Below, piece after piece: positions 20,355 to 31,163 of a stretch of DNA of 64,000 nucleotides (the stretch's first letter is position 1; each line of letters starts with the position of its first letter). The position numbers and the translations under genes were made by a program. Below the pieces are notes generated by a model. The model was not told the DNA's origin. It was given only the letters and a program-made list of their open reading frames with translations, and did no database searches. Source of the DNA: an uncultured Planctomycetaceae bacterium (GTDB taxonomy: Bacteria; Planctomycetota; Planctomycetia; Isosphaerales; Isosphaeraceae); the NCBI GenBank assembly GCA_963833985.1, contig CAWIAD010000001.1, forward strand, positions 3,264,001-3,328,000, given 5' to 3'.

Positions 20355-21368
20355 TTGAGCTGGGCTGGTACGCCGTATCGTGTCGCCGTTGCACAGGCCG
20401 GCTCCATTCTCTTCGACTGCGAGCGGTCCGCCGAGAAGGCTGCCAGGCTGATCCGCGAGGCCGCGGACTCCGGTGCGCGTCTGGTCCTGCTTCCGGAGGC
20501 ATTCATACCAGGCTACCCCCGCGGACTGAGCTTTGGCATGACCGTGGGCAGCCGGACCCGGGAAGGGCGCGAGCTCTGGCAAATCTACTGGGAAAACGCG
20601 GTCGATGTGCCCGGCTCCGTGACCGAGATGCTCGGCGAGGCGGCGCGCCAGGGAAAGATCTTCGCGGCCGTCGGCGTGATCGAGCGCGATCTTGGCCGGA
20701 GCTTGGGAACACTGTATTGCACGCTGCTTTATTTCGGTGACGATGGCCGCCTGCTGGGCAAGCACCGGAAGCTCAAGCCGACCGGCTCGGAGCGTCTCAT
20801 CTGGGGCGAAGGAGACGGATCGACGCTCACAGTCCTGCCCACTGAACTCGGCCGTATCGGAGGCCTGATCTGCTGGGAAAACTACATGCCGCTAGCGCGG
20901 ATGGCCCTGTACGGCAAGGGAGTCGACATTTACCTGGCCCCGACCGCCGACGCTCGCGACACCTGGCAGGCCACGCTCCGCCACATCGCCTGCGAGGGCC
21001 GTTGCTACGTCCTGGGTGCCAACCAGTTCGTCACCCGCGACATGTACCCTGCCGACCTGCCGGGTGTCGACGAGTTGTCGGCTCAGCCGGAAGTTCTCTG
21101 CCGGGGCGGCAGCGTGATCGTCGGCCCGCTGGGCGAGGTCCTCACCGGCCCGGTGTACGACCGCGAGGATCTCCTCGTCGCCGAGATCGATCCGGCCGAG
21201 GTCACCCGCGCCCGGCTCGATTTCGACGTGGTCGGCCACTACTCCCGTCCTGATGTCTTCCGCCTCGAGGTTGACGAGACGCCGGGGATCGGCGTGAGCT
21301 TCGCCACTTCAGGACGGACTGGCCGCGACGACAAATCGAACGCGGGGACGACGGACCGGCGCGTGTGA
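20355..21368 (+). CDS. Nitrilase (carbon-nitrogen hydrolase)
   Basis: Glu-Lys-Cys triad motifs LPEAFIPGYP, HRKLKPT, ICWENYMP; DVVGHYSRPDVF. Confidence 0.92.
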   Translation: MSWAGTPYRVAVAQAGSILFDCERSAEKAARLIREAADSGARLVLLPEAFIPGYPRGLSFGMTVGSRTREGRELWQIYWENAVDVPGSVTEMLGEAARQGKIFAAVGVIERDLGRSLGTLYCTLLYFGDDGRLLGKHRKLKPTGSERLIWGEGDGSTLTVLPTELGRIGGLICWENYMPLARMALYGKGVDIYLAPTADARDTWQATLRHIACEGRCYVLGANQFVTRDMYPADLPGVDELSAQPEVLCRGGSVIVGPLGEVLTGPVYDREDLLVAEIDPAEVTRARLDFDVVGHYSRPDVFRLEVDETPGIGVSFATSGRTGRDDKSNAGTTDRRV

Positions 21369-21380
21369 ACGGTTACTCAC

Positions 21381-22361
21381 TTATCTTCTCCGCGTTCGGG
21401 AGCCGGAGGACGAGGTGCGGCCGCCCGGGGCATCACTTCCGGCAGCCCCGGCCACGGCTTCCGCCGGGCGCGAGCCGTTGCGCCGGGCCAACCCGGGATT
21501 GACGAGGTTCCAGGTGCGGCCGTCGCTGACAAGCGTGATGGTCCCGCGCTCGTCGGTCCGCAGCAGGGGGACCTCGTTCCTGCGGAGCAACGAAAGTGTT
21601 TCCGAATGGGGGTGGCCGTAGTCGTTCCCCGCTCCCAGGCTGGCGACGGCCACTTCGGGCTGAACCAGGTCCAGCCAGTGCTGATCAGTGCCATTACGGC
21701 TGCCGTGATGCGCCAGCTTGAGGATGGTGCAATCGCGCGCCAGGCTGGCGCAGTGGACCAGCCACCAGTCGCGCTCGGCAGTCTCGCTGTCGCCAGTCAG
21801 GAGCACCGAGAAGCTTCCGTACGCCACCCGAACGCCGACCGAGTTGTTGTTCTCTTCCTGGTGGTCAACGGGCGGCTGCGGGAAGACGGTGAGGACCACC
21901 GAGCCGAGCTCGATCTTCCGCGGTTTCGCCGTGGGCGTCACTGCGGTGATCCCCTCCGCCTTCACGGTCTGGAGCAGCTTCAGATACATCTTGGTGGTGT
22001 GAGACGAGCCAGTGGCCAGGAAGTACCTGGGCTTGAACTCGCGGACCACCTGGTCCATGCCGCCGTAGTGGTCGCTATGGTGGTGCGAGACGATCACCAG
22101 ATCGATCGAGGTGATACCCTTTCGCCGTAGCAGCCTGGCCGCGCCGTCACGCGAGGGCCCTGCGTCCACCAGCGCGGTCTTACCTTCGGGAGACCGGATC
22201 AGGATCGAGTCCCCCTGGCCGATGTCCAGGAACTCGATCGACAAGGGCTTGGTCGCGCCGCCAGACCATCCTGAAAGCGGCTGCGCAGAACCGGTCGTGG
22301 CCAGGCCGCTGCCGAGCAGCCCGAGGACGAACAGGAGCCGCAGGGAACGGCAAACTCTCAC
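21381..22361 (-). CDS. Secreted ComEC/Rec2-like metallo-beta-lactamase-fold hydrolase
   Basis: Signal peptide, FLDIGQGDS, SHHHSDHYGG, ENNNS, LTGD, AHHGS, NDYGHPH. Confidence 0.9.
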   Translation of the reverse strand: MRVCRSLRLLFVLGLLGSGLATTGSAQPLSGWSGGATKPLSIEFLDIGQGDSILIRSPEGKTALVDAGPSRDGAARLLRRKGITSIDLVIVSHHHSDHYGGMDQVVREFKPRYFLATGSSHTTKMYLKLLQTVKAEGITAVTPTAKPRKIELGSVVLTVFPQPPVDHQEENNNSVGVRVAYGSFSVLLTGDSETAERDWWLVHCASLARDCTILKLAHHGSRNGTDQHWLDLVQPEVAVASLGAGNDYGHPHSETLSLLRRNEVPLLRTDERGTITLVSDGRTWNLVNPGLARRNGSRPAEAVAGAAGSDAPGGRTSSSGSRTRRR

Positions 22362-22603
22362 AGCGTGATGTCCCCTCCGGGATCCGTCTTCCTCAGGTCT
22401 TGCTGCACGCGCCGGGTCTCCTCGGCAAGCTGGCGCGTGGCCTCTGCGTCGACCTCCAGCCTGAGGCTGAGTACGTCGCCGGCTTTCGCGCCGCGGGGCA
22501 GGAGAGCCCCTGGAAGATTGATTGGGGTGCCGTCGTCGGTGATGAGGACGGCGATGGCCTTCTGCTTGCCTTCAAAGCGATCGAGGGACACGCGCGTGGT
22601 CAC
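22358..22603 (-). CDS. DUF3006-like small protein
   Basis: LDRFEG...AVL...LP.GAKAGDVL pattern; overlaps the start of the ComEC-like gene by 4 nt. Confidence 0.8.
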   Translation of the reverse strand: MTTRVSLDRFEGKQKAIAVLITDDGTPINLPGALLPRGAKAGDVLSLRLEVDAEATRQLAEETRRVQQDLRKTDPGGDITL

Positions 22604-22621
22604 GCCGTGGTCTCCTTGTGC

Positions 22622-23362
22622 TTACTTGATAACGATAGGTCGCTCTGCGAGCTGGGCCGGGCCGCTGCCCGCGGAATCGCGACGCGACGGAGCCGTGCTG
22701 CCGGCCACGCGCCGGGCCTGGAGGACAATGCGGCTGAGCTCGGAGTCGAGCTCCGAGCCGTTGCGGCCGGCAACGGCCAGTGCGTGCGTGCCGGAGGCGA
22801 GCGGAAAGAGGCCAGGCTCAGCCAGGGCCATCTTCAGCTCCCGGCGCTCGAAGAGGATTCCCTTGCGGTCCCAGACCTCGACCATGATCTTCTCGCCCGG
22901 CGACCAGTCGATCTCGAAGGGACGGTTCACGAACGCCGCCGTGAGGTCGTCCCTGCCCACGACCGCAAGGTTCTCGCCATAGTTCTTGCTTTCCCAGACG
23001 ACGGTCTGGGTGCCCTCCCCGACGATTTTCAAGACCCGCGCCTGGATATCGACCGTTCGTCCCGGCTTGAACAGCTTCGGATCAAGCTGGATCTCGCTGA
23101 TCGTGACCTTGTACGTCCCCGGCTGGCGGGGATCGTCGCCGAGCACTCCGGCGACGGCCGAGGCCAGCTTGCTCTTCAGGTCGTCTCCCCTTGGGTCGGC
23201 CACGGCATCCGGGGCCTTGCCCGAGCTCACGTTCCAGAGGGCCCGCATCAGGGGATAGTCTTTGAACACCCAGCCGCTCATGCCGGCCCCGCCGCCGGTA
23301 ATCAGCATCGCGACCAGGTAGATCAGCCGCCGGAACAGCGATTTCGGTTTGCGCGTAGACAC
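22622..23362 (-). CDS. Hypothetical membrane-anchored protein (possible C2-like beta domain)
   Basis: GAGGAG RBS before GTG 23362, N-terminal TM helix, IMVEVWDRK strand. Confidence 0.7.
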   Translation of the reverse strand: MSTRKPKSLFRRLIYLVAMLITGGGAGMSGWVFKDYPLMRALWNVSSGKAPDAVADPRGDDLKSKLASAVAGVLGDDPRQPGTYKVTISEIQLDPKLFKPGRTVDIQARVLKIVGEGTQTVVWESKNYGENLAVVGRDDLTAAFVNRPFEIDWSPGEKIMVEVWDRKGILFERRELKMALAEPGLFPLASGTHALAVAGRNGSELDSELSRIVLQARRVAGSTAPSRRDSAGSGPAQLAERPIVIK

Positions 23363-23828
23363 CGCGAAACGCTCCTCATCCGTGAGACGTGGCCCGGCCG
23401 CCGGGACTCGGGGCCGCGACGCGAAGAGTTCCGATACCCCCGCCTGCAAAGAGATGGTGCGGTGAGATGAAGGGGAGTCCGCAGGGTTATAGCAGGGCAC
23501 ACGCTACGGTCAAGGCGAGTTCACAAAGGCCAGCTACTGTCCTGTCGCAGACCGTATGCGGTTCTCGCGATGGCTTGCTGCTCAAAATCTGCCCTCAGGG
23601 GAAAAGGGGTAATTATGGCGGGCTCATGGTCGTAACCAGGGACGGTCAAACGCTCGGCCCCCTTCGTGGGGCAAGATTCTGGGGCCTGTTGTGAAATTCG
23701 TCGACTCGTGCATAGTAAAGTGTTCAACTTTAGTATATATATAAATGTATGAGTAAGCTCGAAATCTTGTCCCACGACGGAAGGAATAAAGGTCCCGCCA
23801 GCAACGGCGAGTGCGGACAGATCTCAGC

Positions 23829-24566
23829 TCAATGCACGCCAGTTTCTACCTTGAGATCCTTGAACTCGGCGGACAGGGAGACGCTTGCGGTGTTGACTGC
23901 GGCCACGCCCACTTTGAGCGCGTCACCCCATCCGCGGACCGTCGCCGACCCGCGGATACTGTTCCAGTCTTCCCCATTCAGGCGGAACCACGCCCGGACG
24001 GTCGAACCTTGCCGCTCAAGGCGCAGGCGGATGGTCCCTTCATCGACCGCCGTGCCGGAGGAACCTGCCCTGGTGGCGCTCGCTCGCTGTTCAAAGTTGA
24101 CATAGTGCACAAGATCGTTGCCCCGCAGGATGGCCGCGCGCTCGAGTCGGATGAAGTTGTCTCGGTCGAGCCAGACCAGAAGGCCCGCACCGTGATAGGG
24201 CAGCGCGTAGTTCGTGGTCCGATCGCCGCCTGGCTCGAGTTTGCTGATGACCGTGACCTCGGCCGTGAAATCGCCCTCCACGGCCTGCAAGACCCGGGGC
24301 GCGCTCATCTTCCCGTACTCAACGCTCAGGTCATGAACGATCGCCGGCACCTCTATTCTCAGAGCCGCCCCGCCATTGATCACGCAATCGCCGGCCGGGT
24401 CGAACGCGTCACCCCAGCCAGCAACCGCGGCCACGGGACGCTCTTCCACCTTGGGGCCCAGGCGCCACGCCGCCACCATGGGCCCGAGCACAGCCTGGAA
24501 TAACCGAAAAGCCAGCAGGAAGACGATGCCCGCAAGTACCAGGCTGATCAGCTTGATTGGAGGCAT
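23829..24566 (-). CDS. DUF1349-like (concanavalin-fold) membrane-anchored protein
   Basis: DPAGDC, SAPRVLQAVEGDF, GAGLLVW, LRLERQG, VGVAA. Confidence 0.75.
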   Translation of the reverse strand: MPPIKLISLVLAGIVFLLAFRLFQAVLGPMVAAWRLGPKVEERPVAAVAGWGDAFDPAGDCVINGGAALRIEVPAIVHDLSVEYGKMSAPRVLQAVEGDFTAEVTVISKLEPGGDRTTNYALPYHGAGLLVWLDRDNFIRLERAAILRGNDLVHYVNFEQRASATRAGSSGTAVDEGTIRLRLERQGSTVRAWFRLNGEDWNSIRGSATVRGWGDALKVGVAAVNTASVSLSAEFKDLKVETGVH

Positions 24567-24713
24567 GAAACGCTCCTTCGAAGCGAGCCCGACCGCCGAG
24601 CGCCCGCGAAGGGAAGGTCTCCAGAAGGACCGTGCGGATGGCTCGCCCCATTTTCTACACGAGCCTTCGTCATGCCGACCAGCAGATTCCCGGCAGAATT
24701 CACGAGCGGCCAC

Positions 24714-24771
24714 TTGACACCGTCCCAGCTCGAGATACTATGAGGCGGAGTACTATTGCTAGTAGTAGTAC
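24714..24771 (+). promoter_or_regulatory. Promoter and tandem palindromic operator of the BlaI-family repressor
   Basis: TTGACA-N16-TACTAT; two TACT-N9-AGTA boxes at 24736..24752 and 24751..24767. Confidence 0.7.
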
Positions 24772-24809
24772 ACATGTCGGCTTCATGGTGTTCTTCGGAG
24801 GACTTGTTG

Positions 24810-25208
24810 ATGGCCCGCAAGTCGATCGACGCGCTGGGCGCCTTACAGAAGAGCGTGATGGACGTGGTGTGGGAGCTGGGCGAGGCGACGGTCGGCCAGG
24901 TGCGCGATCGGCTCAGTCGCGAGCCGCAGCCTGCTTACACGACCATCCTGTCGGTGCTGCAAAAGCTGGAGAAAGCCGGCTGGCTGACGCATCGTGCCGC
25001 GGGGCGAAGCTACGTCTACGTTCCCACCCGCAGCCGTGACGAGGCCGGCACCAGCACGCTCCGCACGTTCATCGACCGCGTGTTCCGCGGCGATCCGTTG
25101 CTGCTCTTCCAGCACCTGCTCGAGGACGAAGAGCTGAGCGACCAGGAGCTCCTGGCTCTCAGGGGCATGCTCGATGAAAAGCGGCGGAAGGAGAAACGCC
25201 ATGCGTGA
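24810..25208 (+). CDS. BlaI/MecI/CopY family transcriptional repressor
   Basis: VMDVVWELGEATV, AYTTILSVLQKLEKAGWL, GRSYVYVP, FIDRVFRG. Confidence 0.93.
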   Translation: MARKSIDALGALQKSVMDVVWELGEATVGQVRDRLSREPQPAYTTILSVLQKLEKAGWLTHRAAGRSYVYVPTRSRDEAGTSTLRTFIDRVFRGDPLLLFQHLLEDEELSDQELLALRGMLDEKRRKEKRHA

Positions 25209-25297
25209 GCAGACCAGAACGCCGCGTGCCCCGAAGTCTCGTCCGATCACATCGCCCATCAATTCTCGGATCATTCTTTCTCGAAAGGATGCTAGCC

Positions 25298-28200
25298 ATG
25301 AGTGAACTGCTCATCCCTGGTCGCTCGCTCCCCTGGGATCTGTCCTGGCAAGGGTCGGTTTTTCTGACTCTTGGACTGGCGGCCAGCCTGGCTCTCCGCG
25401 GACACGCGGCGCGGGCGCATCGTCTATTGATCCTGGCGATGATCGCCGCAATCGGCACGCCGCTTCTCGCCCAGGTGATCCGCCATCGCGGCTGGGGCCT
25501 GCTCGAAGCCTCTGTCGCGACAGCCGCGGACGTTCCGCAGCGGACGGCTCAGCCCAGCAACGCCGGAAGCCCTCGGGTGTTTGGCCCCGGGTCGTCCGCG
25601 CCGGCGGCAGAGGTCGCGCAGCTCGGCGGGCTGCCGGGCCATTCGCAGTCGGGGTTCCCGTCCGCGTTTGGGCAAGGTGGTCGGCCAACACAGGAGGTTC
25701 CTGCCAGCGTTCCCGCGATCCACTCCGAGCCGGGTTCGCGGGCGGTCTCGATCCACTGGAGCTCGATTGCGCTGGGCGGCTGGTTGCTCCTCGCCGTTCT
25801 CATGGCCCTGCGGTTTCTCGCCTCGCTGCTGCGGGGCATCGCCGTCGTCCGGGATTCGGCTCGGCTGGACGACGGCACGCTCACCGAGGCCAGCGGCCAG
25901 GCCGTGCGCCGGCTGGGCCTGGCGATGCGGCCCGCCTTGCGATCATCCGCATGGGTGCGCTGTCCGTCGGTCTGGTGCTGGTCGCGCAGGCCGACCTTGC
26001 TGGTGCCTCTCGGGATGAGCACGGCCGATCGCTCGATCGACTGGGTCGCGATCTTCTGTCATGAGCTGGCCCACTGGCAACGTCGCGATCATGTCTCGGC
26101 GCTCTTCGCCGAATTGCTCGTCTGCGCACTCCCCTGGAACCCGCTCGCCTGGTGGACCCGCAAGCGGCTGGGGCAGCTTGCCGAGATTGCCTGCGACGAC
26201 TGGGTGCTGGCCAGCGGCGCCGCGGGAACCGACTATGCGGCTTCGCTCCTGGAGCTCATCCCCCAGCACGGGCCGGTGCTGGCCCTTGCAGCGGTGTCGC
26301 ATCGCGGCGGACTGATCGGCCGGCTGCGGCACATCCTCGACGAGCGCCGGAGCAATCCGCGGATCGGCACCCGCTGGGCGATTCTGACAGGTGCGGGGAT
26401 GGCGCTGGCCGCCTCGGCCATTGCCCTGGCGCAGGCCCGGCCCCTGATACCGGCACCGGAGTTCAGCAATTCCCGTCCAGCCGACGATGAGACATCAAAG
26501 AAGGGTGATGTAATGGGCCATACCCTGGCCGGCCAGATCCTCGGCCCCGATGACAATCCGGTCGCGAACGCGACCGTCCTCTGGGTAGGCAATCGCAAGC
26601 CACCGGTCGCTTACGTGGCACTTCCGCGGGGAGACGAGCGGAGCAGGAATCCGGACATTGCCACGCTGGCCCGGGGCCAGACCGATGCCCAGGGGAAATT
26701 CCAGCTCTCGGCCAGGTTCGGTGAGGATGAGCTGACGCGGTACAACGGCATCCGCAGCAAGCTTGTCGTGACGGCACCCGGCGCGGGTATGTTCTCGAGG
26801 GAGCTGAGCGTCAAGGACGAGCAGTCCGAGGTGGTCGTTCGCCTTCCCGAGGAGGCCGTCGTCCACGGCCGCCTGCTCACGCCCGCCGGTCAGCCGGCGC
26901 GGGACGTTCGCGTGACGCTGGACGGTTTTCACAACGAGAAGGAGAAGACGGGGATGTACGTCGGCCTGCACGACAAGGACGACGCCTATCCTCCGTACTG
27001 GCCGCGATCGCAAAGGACCGACACCGGCGGCCGGTTCACGTTCCAGGGCATTCCTCGCGGGGCGCTGGCGACGCTCTCGTTCTGGCATCCCGATTTCGCG
27101 GTCGATGAGGTGAAGGTGGACACGGCGGAAGCCGGCGAGATCACGCCGTCGATGAAGGGCTTCGAGATCGTGCCCGTGAAGACGACCTTCACGCACTCGC
27201 TCGAGCCTCCGCGCCCGTGCAGGGCCGGGTGACCGACAAGGCGACCGGCAAGCCGCTGGCCGGCATGCTCGTGGAGATGATCCCGATGCGCCGGCACGGC
27301 GGCATGACCTTCTCGGCCCGGACCGACGCCGACGGCCGCTACCGCATCTCCGGCCACTCGACCGACGGCACGTACTTCACCACGGTCTTTCCCTCGGCCG
27401 ACTCGGGCTACCTCGACGGCAAGGACCTGCATCAGGGCTGGCCGGCCGGGGCGAAGTACCTTGAGGTCAACTTCGCACTCGAGAAGGGAAGGCTCGTGTC
27501 CGGACGCGTCATCGACCAGGGCTCGAAACAGCCGGTCTCCGGCGCGGCCGTAGTCTATCAGGCCGCTCCCAAGAATCCGAATAATACCGGCGATCACGAC
27601 CTTCGCAACACGGTGCTCACCGACCAAGCCGGCCAGTTCACGATCACCACGCTCCCCGGCCCGGGCGTCCTGGCAGTCGAGGCTCCAGACGAGAACTACA
27701 TCCGCTCGCCCCTCAAGAAGTATGCCTATCGCACCGTCTATCCTCACGGCCAGCTCGTGCTTGATGTTCCCAAGGACGGCACTCCCGCGCCAGTGGAGAT
27801 CGCCCTCCGCAAGGGTGTGACCCTGGAGGCGAAGGCGGTCGACCCGGATGGCCAGGTCGTGAAGGACGTGACGGCCATGTACCCGGGAATCGACGCGAAG
27901 CTCATCGACATCTGGAACCAGGGACAGGAGTTCACCGACGGCATGTTCCGGATTCCGGGCGCGGACCCGCAGCGAACCTACCGCGTCTTCTTTCTCAAGC
28001 CCGACCAGAAGCTGGGAGCCGTGGCCGAGCTGAAGGTTGATCCCAGGAACCCCGGCCCCATGACCGTCAAGCTCGAGCCCACGGCCACAATCAAGGGGAA
28101 GGTGGTCAACCCCGGCGGCGCTCCAGTGCAGGCCGTTCAGGTGACGCCTATGCTGGCGTACGACGCGCAACCCAGGGTGCTTTCGCGCGATGAGCGGATG

Positions 28201-28434
28201 GATCAAGAGCGGCTCCAGTTCTATAGCAACGTTCTGGGTCAGAAAAACTTTTATTTTCACGACCACGAGCTGAAGGACAGCGGGGAGTTTGCGTTCGAGG
28301 CGATGGTCCCCGGCGCCTGGTTCTCCATCAGCGCTGCATCCGGAAGCCGCGAGGGGAGTGTTTCCACCCCGGTGCTCAAACCTGGCCAGGTTTGCGACCT
28401 GGGCACGCTGACCTTGAAGGAGCGTGAGCAATGA
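25298..28434 (+). CDS. BlaR1-like M56 metallopeptidase fused to carboxypeptidase-regulatory-like repeats; frameshifted near 27214-27216
   Basis: HELAHWQRRD, WNPLAWW, EIACDDWV, then repeated GRV...TD..G.F domains; frames join as PRP|VQGRVTD. Confidence 0.88.
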
Positions 28435-29821
28435 GCAAAGATGTTTCGATCCGTTGCTGGGAGCCGTATCAGCCGTCGTCCGATGCTCCCTGGAACGCGG
28501 CCCGCGCGGCGCACCTGCACCGCCGGGCCGGCCTGGGAGCGACCTGGGGCCAGATCGAGTACGACCTGGACGAAGGGTATGAGCCGTCGATCCGCCGCAT
28601 CCTCGATGGCGAGCCGACCGGACCTGGCGGTCAGCCGGCCAGCGAGTTCGCCGAGATTGTTCTGGCCATGGAGGACTCGGCGCTGCGGCGTCCGTCGATC
28701 GAGCGCGTGCAGATGCTCTGGCTCTACCGCCTCATCTTCACGCCTCACCCCCTGGCCGAGACCATGACCCTGGCCTGGCACTCGCACTACGCGACCAGCC
28801 AGGAGAAGGTCGATTCTCCCGAGCTCATGCTCGCGCAGAACCAGGCGATTCGACGGCTCTGGCGGGCGCCCATCAGCCAGCTGCACCGTATGATCCTGAG
28901 CGACGGAGCCATGCTTCGCTGGCTCGACGGCCTGAATAGCACCAAGGCCCAGCCGAACGAGAACCTGGCTCGCGAGTTCCTGGAACTCTTCGCGCTCGGC
29001 GAAGGCCACTATTCCGAGCACGACATCCGCGAGATCGCTCGGGCGCTCACGGGCTACCGCGAGATCGACTTTCAGAAGAAGCGCGACGGCTTCGATCCAG
29101 GCGATCATGACGACGGCTCCAAAACGATCTTTGGCCAGACCGGTCCGTGGGGCCGCGACGACGTGGTACGCATTGTCTCGCGCAGCCGGCTGCCGCCACA
29201 CACATCGCCCGCCGGCTCTACCGTACTTTCATTTCCGACACCGACGAGCCAGGCCCGGATCTGCTGGCTCCTCTGGCCGACGCCATGCGCACCAGGGGCG
29301 ATGTCGACGTGGCCCGGGGCATCGAGATCGTGCTGCGCTCCCGGCTCTTCCACGGTGCGGAGTGCCGGACAAAGCACGTCAAGAGCCCGGTCGCGCTGGC
29401 CCTCGGCGCCCTGCGCGCCATCGAGGCATTCGCACCGCCGCCCGACCTGGCGGATCTGGAGATCCACCTGACGCGCATGGGCCAGAGGCTCTTCTATCCG
29501 CCCAACGTCGCCGGCTGGCCGGGCGGCCTGGCCTGGCTGCGCGGCTCGACCGTGCTCGCGCGGGCCAGCTTCGCCGCCTGGCTGACGGACTCGTCGCCGG
29601 GACTCGGTACGGACCATTTCCTCAGCCTGGCGAAGCGGCGCTGCGGAGGGCGTCCGGAGGCCTGGCTCGATACGCTGGTCGTACTGCTGTGCGGAGCGGA
29701 GATCAGCCCGCAGACGAAGAAAGAAATCCTGGCTGCCGCTCAGTCCGAGGACAAGCCAGGTCGACAGTACGGGCGGATCCTGAGCCGGTTGCTGACGCTG
29801 CCGGAATTGCAGCTTGGTTGA
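28431..29821 (+). CDS. DUF1800 family protein; frameshifted near 29178-29185
   Basis: AAHLHRRAGLG, PNENLAREFLELFALG, ARALTG, then VKSP and PPNVAGWPGG in the second frame. Confidence 0.9.
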
Positions 29822-29874
29822 CGTGTAAGACGTTGCCCGCCGAACCCTGTTCGTTCTATTCCGGAGAAACACTC

Positions 29875-31041
29875 ATGCTTTCACGTCGTGAACTCTTTCG
29901 ACATTCGGCGGGCATGCTGGCACTCGGTGCGACGGCGCCCGGAATGTGGCAGCGAGCCGCCCGTGCGGCCGAGGCGCGGGGCGATGCGCCGATACTTGTC
30001 GTGCTGGAGCTGAGCGGAGGTAACGATGGGCTGAACACGGTCATCCCCTTCACAGACGATGTGTATCACAAGAGCCGGCCAACGCTCAGGGTTGAGCCCG
30101 GCAAGGTCCTCAAGCTCGATCAGCACGTCGGACTCCATCCCGCGCTCAAGGAGTTGCATCGCCTCTACGAGGCGGGCGATCTGAGCGTCGTGCAAGGCGT
30201 AGGGTATCCGAACCCGAACCGCTCGCATTTCCGGTCGATGGAGATCTGGCAGACCGGGACGGTCGCACCCGCACCGCCTGCGGGCTGGCTGGGCCGGTTG
30301 AGCGATGCACACCCACGGCTGGAGCTGTGCCATGTCGGCCAGGGAACCGTGCCGCTGGCCGTGCAGGGGCGCAGGGTCGTGGCCCAGTCGCTGGCCAGCG
30401 CCGCAGCCTATCGGCTGCCGCCGGGGGCCGGACTGCCCTCGCGGTTCGGCGAGGCACCACGCGACAAGGTGATCGGTGCGATCCGCCAGCAGTACACGGC
30501 CTGTGCGGAGCTGGCCGGGCGGCTGGAGAGCCTGCGCGGAAGCAGCGGAGCGACGGCTGATGCCGAGACGTTGCCGGGCCGTCTGGAAACGATTCGCAAG
30601 CTGATCGAGGCCGATACGCCCTACCGCGTTTATTACACGGCCCAGCAAGGCTATGACACGCACGCCGTCCAGCGCTTTCCACACCAGCAGCTTCTCGAAA
30701 CCCTGGGCAAGGCCGTGGCCGGCTTCCTGTCCGATTTGAAGTCGAGCAAGCTCGATGAGCGTGTGGTGATCCTGATCTTCTCGGAGTTCGGCCGCCGGCT
30801 CAAGGAGAACGCCAACGGCGGCACCGATCACGGCACTGCCGCGCCGGTGCTGGTGGCGGGCCGCCCGGTGAAGGCGGGCCTCATTGGACCGTGTCCCGAT
30901 CTGACACATCTGGATGAAACGGGCGACCCACGCTACGCCGTCGATTTCCGGGACGTCTACGCCACGCTGCTGAGGCGCTGGCTGGACGTCGACCCGGCGC
31001 CCATCCTGGGAGAGCGGAATGCGGCGCTGCCCTTACTTTGA
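29875..31041 (+). CDS. DUF1501 family protein with Tat-like N-terminus
   Basis: SRRELF, LSGGNDGLNTVIP, PNRSHFRSMEIW, GYDTH, FSEFGRR, GTDHG. Confidence 0.92.
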   Translation: MLSRRELFRHSAGMLALGATAPGMWQRAARAAEARGDAPILVVLELSGGNDGLNTVIPFTDDVYHKSRPTLRVEPGKVLKLDQHVGLHPALKELHRLYEAGDLSVVQGVGYPNPNRSHFRSMEIWQTGTVAPAPPAGWLGRLSDAHPRLELCHVGQGTVPLAVQGRRVVAQSLASAAAYRLPPGAGLPSRFGEAPRDKVIGAIRQQYTACAELAGRLESLRGSSGATADAETLPGRLETIRKLIEADTPYRVYYTAQQGYDTHAVQRFPHQQLLETLGKAVAGFLSDLKSSKLDERVVILIFSEFGRRLKENANGGTDHGTAAPVLVAGRPVKAGLIGPCPDLTHLDETGDPRYAVDFRDVYATLLRRWLDVDPAPILGERNAALPLL

Positions 31042-31163
31042 GCGAGTCGCGAGTGAATCGTGGCCAGTGGGGAATGGTGAGGGTGAGTGGCGCATGCACG
31101 AATAACCAATGACGCGTGCGATGGGCGTTCCTCTACCCATTGCAAACCCGGAGGGACCGTTCC

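Noticed and set aside
23704..23755. Possible dif (XerCD) site
   Set aside because: Only partial similarity to the XerD arm, and the 11-6-11 spacing does not fit.
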